Positions 27,754-36,606 of a stretch of DNA of 50,353 nt are shown here, one piece after another. Positions within the stretch are counted from its first letter, which is position 1, and each line of letters opens with the position of its first letter. Position numbers and translations under genes: made by a program. The DNA comes from Dehalococcoidia bacterium (GTDB lineage: Bacteria; Chloroflexota; Dehalococcoidia; DSTF01; RBG-16-68-14): NCBI GenBank assembly GCA_040882355.1, contig JBBEBM010000082.1:1-50353 (forward strand). The letters run 5' to 3'. The notes below the pieces were generated by a model, which worked only from the letters and a program-made list of their open reading frames with translations, was not told the DNA's origin and made no database searches.

Positions 27754-28125
27754 CTAGTGGCTGCAGGCGTGCGCCTGGGGCGCGCCCGCGCTATCCGCGG
27801 TGTCGAAGCTGGAGCCGCATGCGCAGCTCTTCACGGCGTTCGGGTTGAAGATCGTGAAGCCGCTCTTCATGATGTCGTCCACGTAGTCGATCTCGGCGCC
27901 CTGGAGGAGCGGGGCGCTCTCCGGGTCGACGAGCAGCCGGACGCCGCCGTGCTCGATCACCAGGTCGTCTTCTTCGGCCTCCTGGGCGAGCGACATGCCG
28001 TACTGGTAGCCGGAACAGCCGCCGCCGGCGACGAAGACGCGCAGTGCGCCGGTCTCGATGCCCTTCTCCTGCAGCAGGTTCCGCGCCTTCTCGACGGCCT
28101 TATCGGTGATGTTGACGACGGTCAT
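27754..28125 (-). CDS. erpA: Fe-S cluster A-type carrier (ErpA/IscA/HesB)
   Basis: GGGCSGYQY, NPNAVKSCACGSSF. Confidence 0.93.
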   Translation of the reverse strand: MTVVNITDKAVEKARNLLQEKGIETGALRVFVAGGGCSGYQYGMSLAQEAEEDDLVIEHGGVRLLVDPESAPLLQGAEIDYVDDIMKSGFTIFNPNAVKSCACGSSFDTADSAGAPQAHACSH

Positions 28126-28178
28126 GGTCCACCCCTTTCGGCGACACAGCGACAGACTCGTTTCTCCGCTCGATTGTT

Positions 28179-28207
28179 AGTTTATCGACACGCGCCCGGC
28201 TTGGCAA
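28179..28207 (-). promoter_or_regulatory. Sigma70-like promoter of erpA
   Basis: TTGCCA-N17-TAAACT on the minus strand. Confidence 0.65.
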
Positions 28208-28213
28208 GGCCCG

Positions 28214-28870
28214 TCATGTCGTTGCCGGGACGGGCGCTCGCTCACTGACCCGGTACGCGCAGGAGCCCTGGCAACCCGCCTCGCTCGGCTCTACATAATG
28301 AACATCGGCTCCCAGCAGGAGCGCCAGCAGGCGCTGGTCGTGGGCGCAGGCGTGGCCGTTCGCCTCGGCCACTCGCGGGCAGGGGCAGCCGTGGCCCACG
28401 AGCAGGTAGCCCTCGTCCGTGGTCTCGACGTCGAAGGCGATGCCCTCCTCCTCCAGAGCCGCCGTCGCCGAACGCAGGCGATCGACCAGCGTCGCTCCGC
28501 GCACGTGCGGCGCGATGCGGTGGCCCAGCCGCTGCGCCATCTTGTCGAAGACCAGCTCGGCAAGCTGGCCGCCGCCGCGCCCGGCTGTCTCCTCCGGCGT
28601 GAGGGCGACGATCTCCTCCAGCAGGCGGTTGGTGATGCGGACGTAGTGCTTCGGAAAGAGGTCCTCGCCCGCCTCGCTCATCGAGTAGAGGTAGTGGGGC
28701 CGTCCCGTCTTGCGCCGCACCTGCGCGACGTCCACATAGCCGTCGCGGATCAGGATGTCGAGGTGGCGACGTATCGTCGCGGGCGCGAGGCCCAACTCCT
28801 TCGTCAGGTCGTCGACGGTGGCCTGGCGGCGACGCAGGATGTTCAGGATGGTCTGACGGGTGCTCTCCAT
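28214..28870 (-). CDS. ArsR/SufR-like HTH regulator with C-terminal Cys residues
   Basis: TRQTILNIL..IRRHLDIL..GRPHYLY..FPKHY; CPC..C..C; upstream of erpA. Confidence 0.85.
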   Translation of the reverse strand: MESTRQTILNILRRRQATVDDLTKELGLAPATIRRHLDILIRDGYVDVAQVRRKTGRPHYLYSMSEAGEDLFPKHYVRITNRLLEEIVALTPEETAGRGGGQLAELVFDKMAQRLGHRIAPHVRGATLVDRLRSATAALEEEGIAFDVETTDEGYLLVGHGCPCPRVAEANGHACAHDQRLLALLLGADVHYVEPSEAGCQGSCAYRVSERAPVPATT

Positions 28871-28933
28871 GCTCGATTCAGTCTAGGCTCGCTCCGAACG
28901 AGCTGTCAAGCTAATCATGCTATTTATGCTTTT

Positions 28934-29821
28934 TTACGCAGCGATGATGCGCTCTCGAATGCCCTCCAAGCCGGAGCTGACGAGGCTGTCGTTCTGAATG
29001 TGCAGGCCGTACAACACCTCGTGGAACGGCCCGATCTGCCGGTAGCGTTCCGCCCGCACGAGCAACGTGGCGTCCGGCGCGGCGGCGTAGCCCTGGACGG
29101 CAGCCTCCCTCAGGCCGCCAGTGAGCCCGGCGAAGTCGAGCGCCGGATCGCCCACGCGCGCGTCCGCGAAGTCGATCACGCCGGTCACGCTGGCGGTCGC
29201 CTCATCGACCAGGATGTGGTCCATGCCGAGGTCGGCGTGGATGAGGACGGGCCTGAAGGCGAACAACGCGTCGTCATTCAGGTAGCCGTCCCAGAAGCGC
29301 GCCACCGCCCCGGCCTCCGCGGCGGAGAGCAACGGCGAGACCTCGCGATCGCAGCCGGCGCGAAACTCGCGATAGCCCTCTCGCCACGACTCGGCCGTGA
29401 AGCATGGCACCTCCAGCTCGGCAGCGCGCTTGAGCGGGAAGGCGTGCAGCTCCGTCAGGAAGCGCCCGAGCTGTCGCGCGATCTCGCCAAGGGCCCGGTC
29501 GCCCAACGTGACGTCGCTCAACGGGACGCCGGGCAGCTTGCCGTAGCCGAAGAAGGGCAGCGGGAACTCGTCGACGCCTTCCGACACGAACTCCGGCAGC
29601 GGCACGGGCAGCGAGACGTGGCCGGCGAGCTCCCCCAGCAGCCGCGCCTCGGTGCGCAGCGGCCCGGCGCACTCCTCTCGCAAGGGGAAGCGGAAGAGCC
29701 ACCCGCCGTTCGCCTCCCAAACCTCGTAGTCCCAGCCCGCCGCGAAGTACGCCAGCGTTCGCACGGCCAGATCGGGGAACGCCTGAGCGATGATGCGCCG
29801 GCAGCGGTCGATGTCAAGCAT
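28934..29821 (-). CDS. Aminoglycoside phosphotransferase-family protein
   Basis: GWD, FRFP, LIHADL..DHIL, GVIDFADA..GDPALDF. Confidence 0.9.
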   Translation of the reverse strand: MLDIDRCRRIIAQAFPDLAVRTLAYFAAGWDYEVWEANGGWLFRFPLREECAGPLRTEARLLGELAGHVSLPVPLPEFVSEGVDEFPLPFFGYGKLPGVPLSDVTLGDRALGEIARQLGRFLTELHAFPLKRAAELEVPCFTAESWREGYREFRAGCDREVSPLLSAAEAGAVARFWDGYLNDDALFAFRPVLIHADLGMDHILVDEATASVTGVIDFADARVGDPALDFAGLTGGLREAAVQGYAAAPDATLLVRAERYRQIGPFHEVLYGLHIQNDSLVSSGLEGIRERIIAA

Positions 29822-29946
29822 GCCGCTCGGAGTATATCGCCCGGGAGCCGGGGCTCCTGCTGCGGAGGCCCTCGAATTGACACGAACGCCAAGCAACAGG
29901 CACTATCAAGTCTGTAGCTCAATCTGCGGGGGAGGTTTCGCGAGAC

Positions 29947-32900
29947 TTGATTTGTACAAGCTGCGGTCGTGAGAACCGCGCCGGCGCGCGCTTCTGCTCA
30001 GGATGCGGGGGCGAGCTGGCGCAGGCCTGCGCGGGCTGCGGTCAGCCATTGGCGCAGGGAGGCCAGTTCTGCGACTCATGCGGCCAGCCGGTAGGCCAGC
30101 CTGACGCCGCTCAGGCGGCGACCCCAACGCCGGCGCCGGCGCCCGCGCTGCCGGCGTCGTTCGCCTCCGGCCGCTACCAGGTGCAGCGCTTCCTTGGCGA
30201 GGGCGGCAAGAAGCGCGTCTACCTCGCGCACGACACGCGCCTCGATCGCGATGTGGCCGTCGCAGTGATCAAGACGGAGGGCCTGGACGAAGCCGGCGTG
30301 AAGCGCGTCCAGCGCGAGGCCCAGGCGATGGGCCGTCTCGGCGACCACACGAATATCGTCACCGTGCACGACATCGGCGACGATGGCGGCCAGCCTTACA
30401 TCGTGAGCCAGCACATGGGGGGCGGCGACCTGGAACGGCTACTTGCTAACGCAAAGGAGCATCGACTCTCGATCGCCAAAGCGATCGAGATCTCGGAGCA
30501 GGTGTGTGCTGCGCTCGAACACGCCCATAGCCACGCGGTCATCCATCGCGACCTGAAGCCGGGCAACATCTGGCTCGACGCCGATGGCTCGGCCAAGCTG
30601 GGCGACTTCGGACTGGCCGTCGCCATCGACCGCTCGCGCCTAACGCGCGAAGGCATGATGGTCGGGACGACATCATACATGCCGCCCGAGCAGGCGGTGG
30701 GTGGCGAGGTGACGCCCAGGTCGGACCTGTACTCACTGGGCTGCGCCCTCTACGAGATGGTCACCGGCCGGCCGCCGTTCCTGGGCGACGACTCCGTGGC
30801 GGTGATTTCACAGCACATCAATACAGCGCCGGTCGCGCCTTCCTGGCACAATCCTGAGGTACCGACGGCGCTAGACCTGCTCATCACACAGCTCCTTGCG
30901 AAAGTTCCGGCCGAGCGCCCACAGGATGCCAGGACCGTTGCGGATGAGCTGCGCCGGATCCGGGAGCGGAGCACGGTCGAGTCTGTCGTTGAAACACGGT
31001 CTCCGGCGGCAAACCTTCGTGGTCTCGCCTGGGGCCAGTTCGTCGGTCGGCGGCAGGAGATGGAGCAGCTCAAGTCCGCGCTGGAGAGCGCACTGTCGGG
31101 CCAAGGCACCTTGGCCATGCTCGCCGGTGAGCCCGGGATCGGCAAGACAAGGCTGGCTGAGGAGTTCGCCGTCTACGCCAGCCTGCGCGGCGCGCAGGTG
31201 CTGACGGGGAGGTGCTTCGAAGGCGAAGTCACGTTGCCCTACCGCCCGTTCATCGAGGCGTTTCGGCAGTACATCCGCTCGCGGCCGGACGCGGAGCTGC
31301 GCGGCGAGCTGGGCGACGGCGCGCCTGAGGTCGCGAAGCTCGTCTCCGAGGTGCACCAACGCTTCCCCGACATTCCTGAAGCACAGCCGCTTGAGGCTGA
31401 GGCGGAGCGCTTGCGCCTCTACGAAAGCGTGAGCACGTTCATTCGCAACGCGGCGACGGCGAACCCGATCGTCTTGTTTCTCGACGACATTCATTGGGCG
31501 GACAAGCCATCGCTGCTGCTCATGCGCTATCTCGCGCGCGCAATCGCCGGCCAGCGCGTGCTGATCCTCGGCGCCTACCGCGACGTCGAGCTGGACCGCA
31601 CGCACCCGCTGTCGGAAGTGATGGCGACGCTGCGACGCGAGACGCCGTACCAGCGCGTGCTTCTGCGCGGGCTGGCCGAAGAAGATGTCCTCGGGCTGCT
31701 AGAAACCCAGGAATCGTCCGAGGAGACGGCCGCCGGACGCCGGGCGCTATCGGCGGCGCTCTACAAGGAGACCGAAGGCAACCCGTTCTTCATCCGCGAG
31801 GTGCTCAGCCTTCTGGTTGAGGAAGGGAAGCTGGTGCACGAGAACGGCCACTGGGTGGCGCGCGTCTCGTCCGTCTCAGAGATGGGGATCCCTGAAGGCG
31901 TTCGGGAAGTCGTCGGGAAGCGTCTGTCTCGCGTGAGCGAAAGCTGCAACCGCATGCTCACGATGGCTTCGACGATGACCGGCGGCTTTACGTGGGAGGA
32001 GTTGAAGGCGATCGCGGATGTCGGCGAGGCGGAGCTGGTTGAGCTGCTGGAGGAGGCTCTCGCTACGCAGTTGATCCTGGAGCGCAAGGGCGACCAGGTC
32101 GGCACGTACGACTTCACCCACGCGCTGATCCGTCAGACGCTCTACGGCGAGCTGAGCACGCCGCGACGCGTGATCTTGCACCGCCAGATCGGTAATGCGT
32201 TGGAGGCGTTCTACGGATCGAACGTCGATGCGCACCTGTCCGAGCTGGCCCACCACTTCTACCAGGCAGCGCCAGGCGGCGACGTCGACAAAGCGATCGA
32301 CTACGCTACACGCGCGGGCGATCGCGCGGTTGAACAGCTCGCCTACGAGGAGGCTTCGGCGCACTATGAGCTCGCGCTCCAGGCGCTCGACCTCACTGAC
32401 ACCGCCGGCGAACGCCAGCGCTACGAGCTGCTCATGCCGCTCGGGGGAGCCTATTACCGCTCCGATCTCCCGGAGAAGGCGGTACCGACGCTGGAGCAGG
32501 CCGTGCAGTTGGCGATACGCCTGGGCGACGCGCATCTGCAGGGTACGGCAGCCCTGGCATACCACCTTGCCGTGCAGCGCGGCCCGCTGGCGTTCACGGC
32601 GGTCGCGGTGCCCGTTCTTGAGCTAACACTGGAAGCGTGCGGCAGCGAGCCGACCGGACTCCGGGCGAGGCTGCTCGCCGCTCTGTCTGAGGCCCTCGAG
32701 ACGCCGGGTCACATCGAAGCGCAGCGTGAGCGGCGCCTCGCTATCGCGCACGAAGCCAAGGACGTTGCGGAGCTTGCGGGTGACGGCAACGCAATGGTGA
32801 GCGCCCTCCGTGCCCTCCATGGGGCGATGGAAGGACCGGAAAACACAGAGGAGCGCCTCGCTGTCTCCAGGGAGCTGATCGCTGTTGCAGAAGGTTTCGG

Positions 32901-34416
32901 CAGTCGCGTCGACGCCGTCTGGTCTCGCCTCTTTCTCATTGGTGATCTGGCCCAGCTTGGTGAGATGGACGCGGTGAAACGAGAAATCGCAACCACGTGC
33001 GATCTCGCCGACCAGTTGAGAGAACCAGCATTCAGCGGCTGGCGCCCCCTATGGGACGCGATGCTGTTGATGCGAGAGGGCCGCTACGAGGAGGCCGAGC
33101 GACGGGTCCTGGAGGTCGGTCCGATTGCGCAGCGCACACAACATCCAGGCTGGATCGGCACGTTCTCGGCGCAGTTCTTCGCGATCCGCTGGGCGCAGGG
33201 CCGGATTGGCGAGATCGAGCAGGTCGTCCTTCAGCGCCTGGAGGAGATGCCCGACCTGCGCGCGTGGCAGGCGGCGCTGGTAATGGTCTATCTAGACGCG
33301 GATCGGCCTGACCGCGCGCGCGAGTGGTTCGATCGCCTCGCCGCTGCTGACTTCGCCGACATCCCGAAGGACCCGCAGTGGATCGTCACTCTCATGCTCG
33401 CAGCTTACGCCGCGAGGCGGCTCGGCGATGCCCCCCGCGCAGCGAAGATCTACGAGATCCTCCAGCCGTACGCTCAACGTCAGGTCACGGTCGGCTTCGC
33501 CTTCCTCTGCCAGGGCTCTGTCTCGCTCAGCCTGGGTCAGCTGGCCGCGACTATGGGCCGCTGGGAAGACGCGGAACGCCACTTCGAGGAAGCGCTTTCG
33601 TTCAACGAGCGCACCGGCACCCCTCCGTGGCTAGCCGAAGCCCGCTTCTACTATGCCGGAATGCTGCACGAGCGTGCCGGGCCCGGCGATGACGAGAAGG
33701 CCGTCGCGCTGGTGAACCAGGCGCTCGCCGCCTTCGAGGACATGGGCATGGCGAAATATGTCGAGCGGGCGCTCGCCCTGAAGCTGGACCTCCAGGGCAT
33801 CGCGGGATACGACGTCAACACCTCGATCGACACGGTCGCCGTCGTGATCAATGCGGAGCGTCCCGACCTCCGCTCCCATGCCGCGCCGGACGGCACCGTG
33901 ACCCTGCTCTTCACCGATATCGAAGGCTCCACGTCGCTCAACGAACGCCTCGGCGACCAGCGCTGGATGGACATCCTGCGCGTCCACCACGCGATCGTGC
34001 GCGACCAGATCGCCGCCCACGGCGGCTTCGAGGTGAAGAGCCAGGGCGACGGCTTCATGGTCGCGTTCGGGAGCGCGCGCCGCGCGCTCGAGTGCGCGAT
34101 TGCTGTTCAGCGGGCGGTCTCGTCACTGGGCGAGAAGGCGGAAGAGCCGTACCGCCTGCGCGTGGGCCTCCACACGGGAGAAGCGATCCGGGAGGCCGAC
34201 GACTTCTACGGCCGGCACGTGAACCTCGCGGCACGAATTGCGGGCCAGGCGCGCGGAGACGAGATCCTCGTCTCATCGCTGCTGAAGGAGCTGACAGACA
34301 GCGCCGGCGAGTTCGAGTTTGACGAGGGGCGGGAGGTGACGCTCAAGGGCATCTCCGGTACGCAGCGTGTATATGGAGTGCGCTGGGGGAACGAGGCGGC
34401 AGGCTCACGGTCCTGA
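29947..34416 (+). CDS. Double Zn-ribbon + Ser/Thr kinase + STAND (AAA_16) ATPase + TPR-like region + class III nucleotide cyclase
   Basis: 4x CxxC; HRDLKPGN, DFG; FVGR, GEPGIGKT, LDDIHWAD, GNPFF; FTDIEGST, KSQGDG, VNLAARI. Confidence 0.92.
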   Translation: MICTSCGRENRAGARFCSGCGGELAQACAGCGQPLAQGGQFCDSCGQPVGQPDAAQAATPTPAPAPALPASFASGRYQVQRFLGEGGKKRVYLAHDTRLDRDVAVAVIKTEGLDEAGVKRVQREAQAMGRLGDHTNIVTVHDIGDDGGQPYIVSQHMGGGDLERLLANAKEHRLSIAKAIEISEQVCAALEHAHSHAVIHRDLKPGNIWLDADGSAKLGDFGLAVAIDRSRLTREGMMVGTTSYMPPEQAVGGEVTPRSDLYSLGCALYEMVTGRPPFLGDDSVAVISQHINTAPVAPSWHNPEVPTALDLLITQLLAKVPAERPQDARTVADELRRIRERSTVESVVETRSPAANLRGLAWGQFVGRRQEMEQLKSALESALSGQGTLAMLAGEPGIGKTRLAEEFAVYASLRGAQVLTGRCFEGEVTLPYRPFIEAFRQYIRSRPDAELRGELGDGAPEVAKLVSEVHQRFPDIPEAQPLEAEAERLRLYESVSTFIRNAATANPIVLFLDDIHWADKPSLLLMRYLARAIAGQRVLILGAYRDVELDRTHPLSEVMATLRRETPYQRVLLRGLAEEDVLGLLETQESSEETAAGRRALSAALYKETEGNPFFIREVLSLLVEEGKLVHENGHWVARVSSVSEMGIPEGVREVVGKRLSRVSESCNRMLTMASTMTGGFTWEELKAIADVGEAELVELLEEALATQLILERKGDQVGTYDFTHALIRQTLYGELSTPRRVILHRQIGNALEAFYGSNVDAHLSELAHHFYQAAPGGDVDKAIDYATRAGDRAVEQLAYEEASAHYELALQALDLTDTAGERQRYELLMPLGGAYYRSDLPEKAVPTLEQAVQLAIRLGDAHLQGTAALAYHLAVQRGPLAFTAVAVPVLELTLEACGSEPTGLRARLLAALSEALETPGHIEAQRERRLAIAHEAKDVAELAGDGNAMVSALRALHGAMEGPENTEERLAVSRELIAVAEGFGSRVDAVWSRLFLIGDLAQLGEMDAVKREIATTCDLADQLREPAFSGWRPLWDAMLLMREGRYEEAERRVLEVGPIAQRTQHPGWIGTFSAQFFAIRWAQGRIGEIEQVVLQRLEEMPDLRAWQAALVMVYLDADRPDRAREWFDRLAAADFADIPKDPQWIVTLMLAAYAARRLGDAPRAAKIYEILQPYAQRQVTVGFAFLCQGSVSLSLGQLAATMGRWEDAERHFEEALSFNERTGTPPWLAEARFYYAGMLHERAGPGDDEKAVALVNQALAAFEDMGMAKYVERALALKLDLQGIAGYDVNTSIDTVAVVINAERPDLRSHAAPDGTVTLLFTDIEGSTSLNERLGDQRWMDILRVHHAIVRDQIAAHGGFEVKSQGDGFMVAFGSARRALECAIAVQRAVSSLGEKAEEPYRLRVGLHTGEAIREADDFYGRHVNLAARIAGQARGDEILVSSLLKELTDSAGEFEFDEGREVTLKGISGTQRVYGVRWGNEAAGSRS

Positions 34417-34507
34417 AGAGCCAGCGGAGCCAGCATACATCCCCGCCCCAACAAGCTTCGTTGACAGCGTTTTGAGGCCGGTGCTACGGTGCAAGCGAGA
34501 GCCAGTC

Positions 34508-35704
34508 ATGCCCGACCGACGCGTCTACCTCGATCACGCCGCCACGACGCCCACCGACCCGCGGGTCGTGGAGGCGATGCTGCCCTACCTGACGGATGTC
34601 TGGGGCAACCCATCGAGCATCTATTACGAGGCACGCGAGGCGCGCAAGGGCCTCGACACGGCCCGGCGCAGCGTCGCTGAGGTGCTCGGCGCGCGTCCGA
34701 CGGAGATCGTCTTCACCAGCGGCGGCACAGAGAGCGATAACCTGGCGCTGCGCGGCGTCGCGTACGGCGCCCGGCGGCGTGGCAACCACATCATCACTAC
34801 CGCCATCGAGCATCACGCCGTCCTCCACACGGCCGAGCGGCTCGAGCAGGAGGGCTTTCGCGTCACCTACCTCCCCGTCGACCGCGAGGGCTTCGTCGAT
34901 CTCGAAGCGCTCGAGCGCGCGCTCGACGACGAGACGGTGCTCGTCTCGGTCATGTACGCCAACAACGAGGTCGGGACGGCCGAGCCCATCACCGAGGTGG
35001 TGCGCATCGTCAAGGCGCGCGACCCGCACATCACCGTCCACACCGACGCCGTCCAGGCCGCGGGCTCGCTCGACCTGAACGTCGACCGGCTCGGCGTCGA
35101 TCTGCTCTCGCTCGCCGGTCACAAGATCTACGGCCCGAAGGGCGTCGGGGCGCTCTACGTGCGCACGCGCACGCCGTTCCTGCCGCAGCAGTTGGGCGGT
35201 TCCCAGGAGAAGAACCGGCGCGCGGGCACGGAGAGCGTCGCGAACGCGGCCGGCATGGCGGCTGCGCTCCGCCTCGCCGAAGAGGCGCGCCCTGAGCGCT
35301 CCGCGCACTCCCGCGCCCTGCGCGACCGCCTGCTCGACGAGCTGCCGCGCCGCGTGCCCGGAGCGCGCGTCACCGGGCCGACCGACCCCGAACGCCGCCT
35401 GCCGAACAACGCCTCGTTCTGCTTCGAGCGAGTCGAAGGGGAGGCGGTGCTGCTCCAGCTCGACCTGAACGGCGTCAGCGCCAGCAGCGGCTCGGCCTGT
35501 ACGACCGCTTCGCTCGAACCGTCCCACGTCTTGCTGGCGATGGGCATCTCGCACGAGCTCGCGCGCGGCAGCCTGCGCCTCACCCTGGGCAAGGGCAACA
35601 CGGCGGACGAGGTCGAGTTCGCCCTCGGGGCGATCGCCACCGCCGTCGAGAAGCTGCGCGCGCTCGCGCCGCGACCCGGCCGCGCGCCGACGCCGGCCCG
35701 CTAG
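34508..35704 (+). CDS. iscS: Cysteine desulfurase (IscS/NifS group I)
   Basis: YLDHAATT, FTSGGTESDN, HTDAVQ, GHKIYGPKG, SSGSACT. Confidence 0.95.
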   Translation: MPDRRVYLDHAATTPTDPRVVEAMLPYLTDVWGNPSSIYYEAREARKGLDTARRSVAEVLGARPTEIVFTSGGTESDNLALRGVAYGARRRGNHIITTAIEHHAVLHTAERLEQEGFRVTYLPVDREGFVDLEALERALDDETVLVSVMYANNEVGTAEPITEVVRIVKARDPHITVHTDAVQAAGSLDLNVDRLGVDLLSLAGHKIYGPKGVGALYVRTRTPFLPQQLGGSQEKNRRAGTESVANAAGMAAALRLAEEARPERSAHSRALRDRLLDELPRRVPGARVTGPTDPERRLPNNASFCFERVEGEAVLLQLDLNGVSASSGSACTTASLEPSHVLLAMGISHELARGSLRLTLGKGNTADEVEFALGAIATAVEKLRALAPRPGRAPTPAR

Positions 35705-35788
35705 GGCGGCTGGCCGGCCAGACAGTAGAGGTTCTCTAGCCCCGCGAAGTGCCCCGGCAGCGGCACCGGGCACTGCGCCGAAACGGAC
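35701..35788 (-). repeat. Orphan copy of the 3' end of glycosyltransferase gene 36607..39420
   Basis: 62/75 identical, ungapped, vs 36607..36681; QCPVPLPGHFAGLENLYCLAGQPP* vs QCPVPVPEHFAGIENLYCLRGSPP*. Confidence 0.9.
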
Positions 35789-35906
35789 GGCCTGGTACGC
35801 GATCTCTCGGGACGCGGCACCCGGCAGTGGCGCTCCGCGCACGCGCGATATACTGTAGTGCTCACAGCCGAGCGAAAGCACAGAGGGTGTCCTGAGGTCA
35901 TCAAGG

Positions 35907-36185
35907 TTGCTTCCCAAGGAACAGCGTCGTTACTCGGAGCGGATCGTTCAGGACCCGGCGATACTGGCCGGTAAGCCGGTGGTCCGCGGAACGCGCATTC
36001 CCGTCGGGCTCGTTCTCGAATACCTCGCGAACAACCCGAGCTTCGATGACCTCTTCGCCGACTATCCCCGGCTGACGATGGACGACGTAAGGGCCTGTCT
36101 CGGCTTCGCGCAGGCACTTGTTGAACGAGCGGGCAACCGGAAAGCCGGCGCTAAGCGTCTGCCCTCCCGGGCCGCTCGCTCGTGA
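35907..36185 (+). CDS. DUF433 antitoxin-like protein
   Basis: RIVQDPAILAGKPVVRGTRIPV..DYPRLT..DVRACL. Confidence 0.92.
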   Translation: MLPKEQRRYSERIVQDPAILAGKPVVRGTRIPVGLVLEYLANNPSFDDLFADYPRLTMDDVRACLGFAQALVERAGNRKAGAKRLPSRAARS

Positions 36186-36550
36186 GGTTCTTGCTCGATG
36201 AGAGCGCTGAATACCGTTTGGCGGCATTTCTCAAACGGGAAGGACACGACGTTACTGCCATCGCCCACGACTATCCGGCGGCGTTAGCGGACAGCGACGT
36301 CCTGGCGATAGCCACCTCCCAGCAGCGGATCGTCATCACGAATGACCCGGACTTCGGCGAGCTGGTATTCCGCCACAGTCAGTCGCACAACGGCGTGATC
36401 CTCCTGCGGTTGCCGGCGGGCGACACCGCCGCGAAGATCGAGGCGCTGCGGAAGGCGCTGGCGTCGCATGCCGCCGACCTCGGCCACTTCCTTGTAGTTG
36501 ATCGCAGGGGCGTACGGGTCGCGCGCACCCCACCCCGGCGTCAGACGTGA
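36182..36550 (+). CDS. DUF5615 PIN-like toxin
   Basis: MRFLLDE..GHDV..DSDVL..ITNDPDFGEL..GVILLRL; GTGA overlap with DUF433. Confidence 0.92.
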   Translation: MRFLLDESAEYRLAAFLKREGHDVTAIAHDYPAALADSDVLAIATSQQRIVITNDPDFGELVFRHSQSHNGVILLRLPAGDTAAKIEALRKALASHAADLGHFLVVDRRGVRVARTPPRRQT

Positions 36551-36606
36551 CAGCCCTGGCTGCTGCCAACAACCCCCACGTCCCGGGCTGGCGTGCTTTT
36601 GCTCCG

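Noticed and set aside
28934..29821. APH and Sat-like GNAT as bona fide antibiotic resistance genes
   Set aside because: Only family-level motifs; substrate cannot be inferred from sequence by eye
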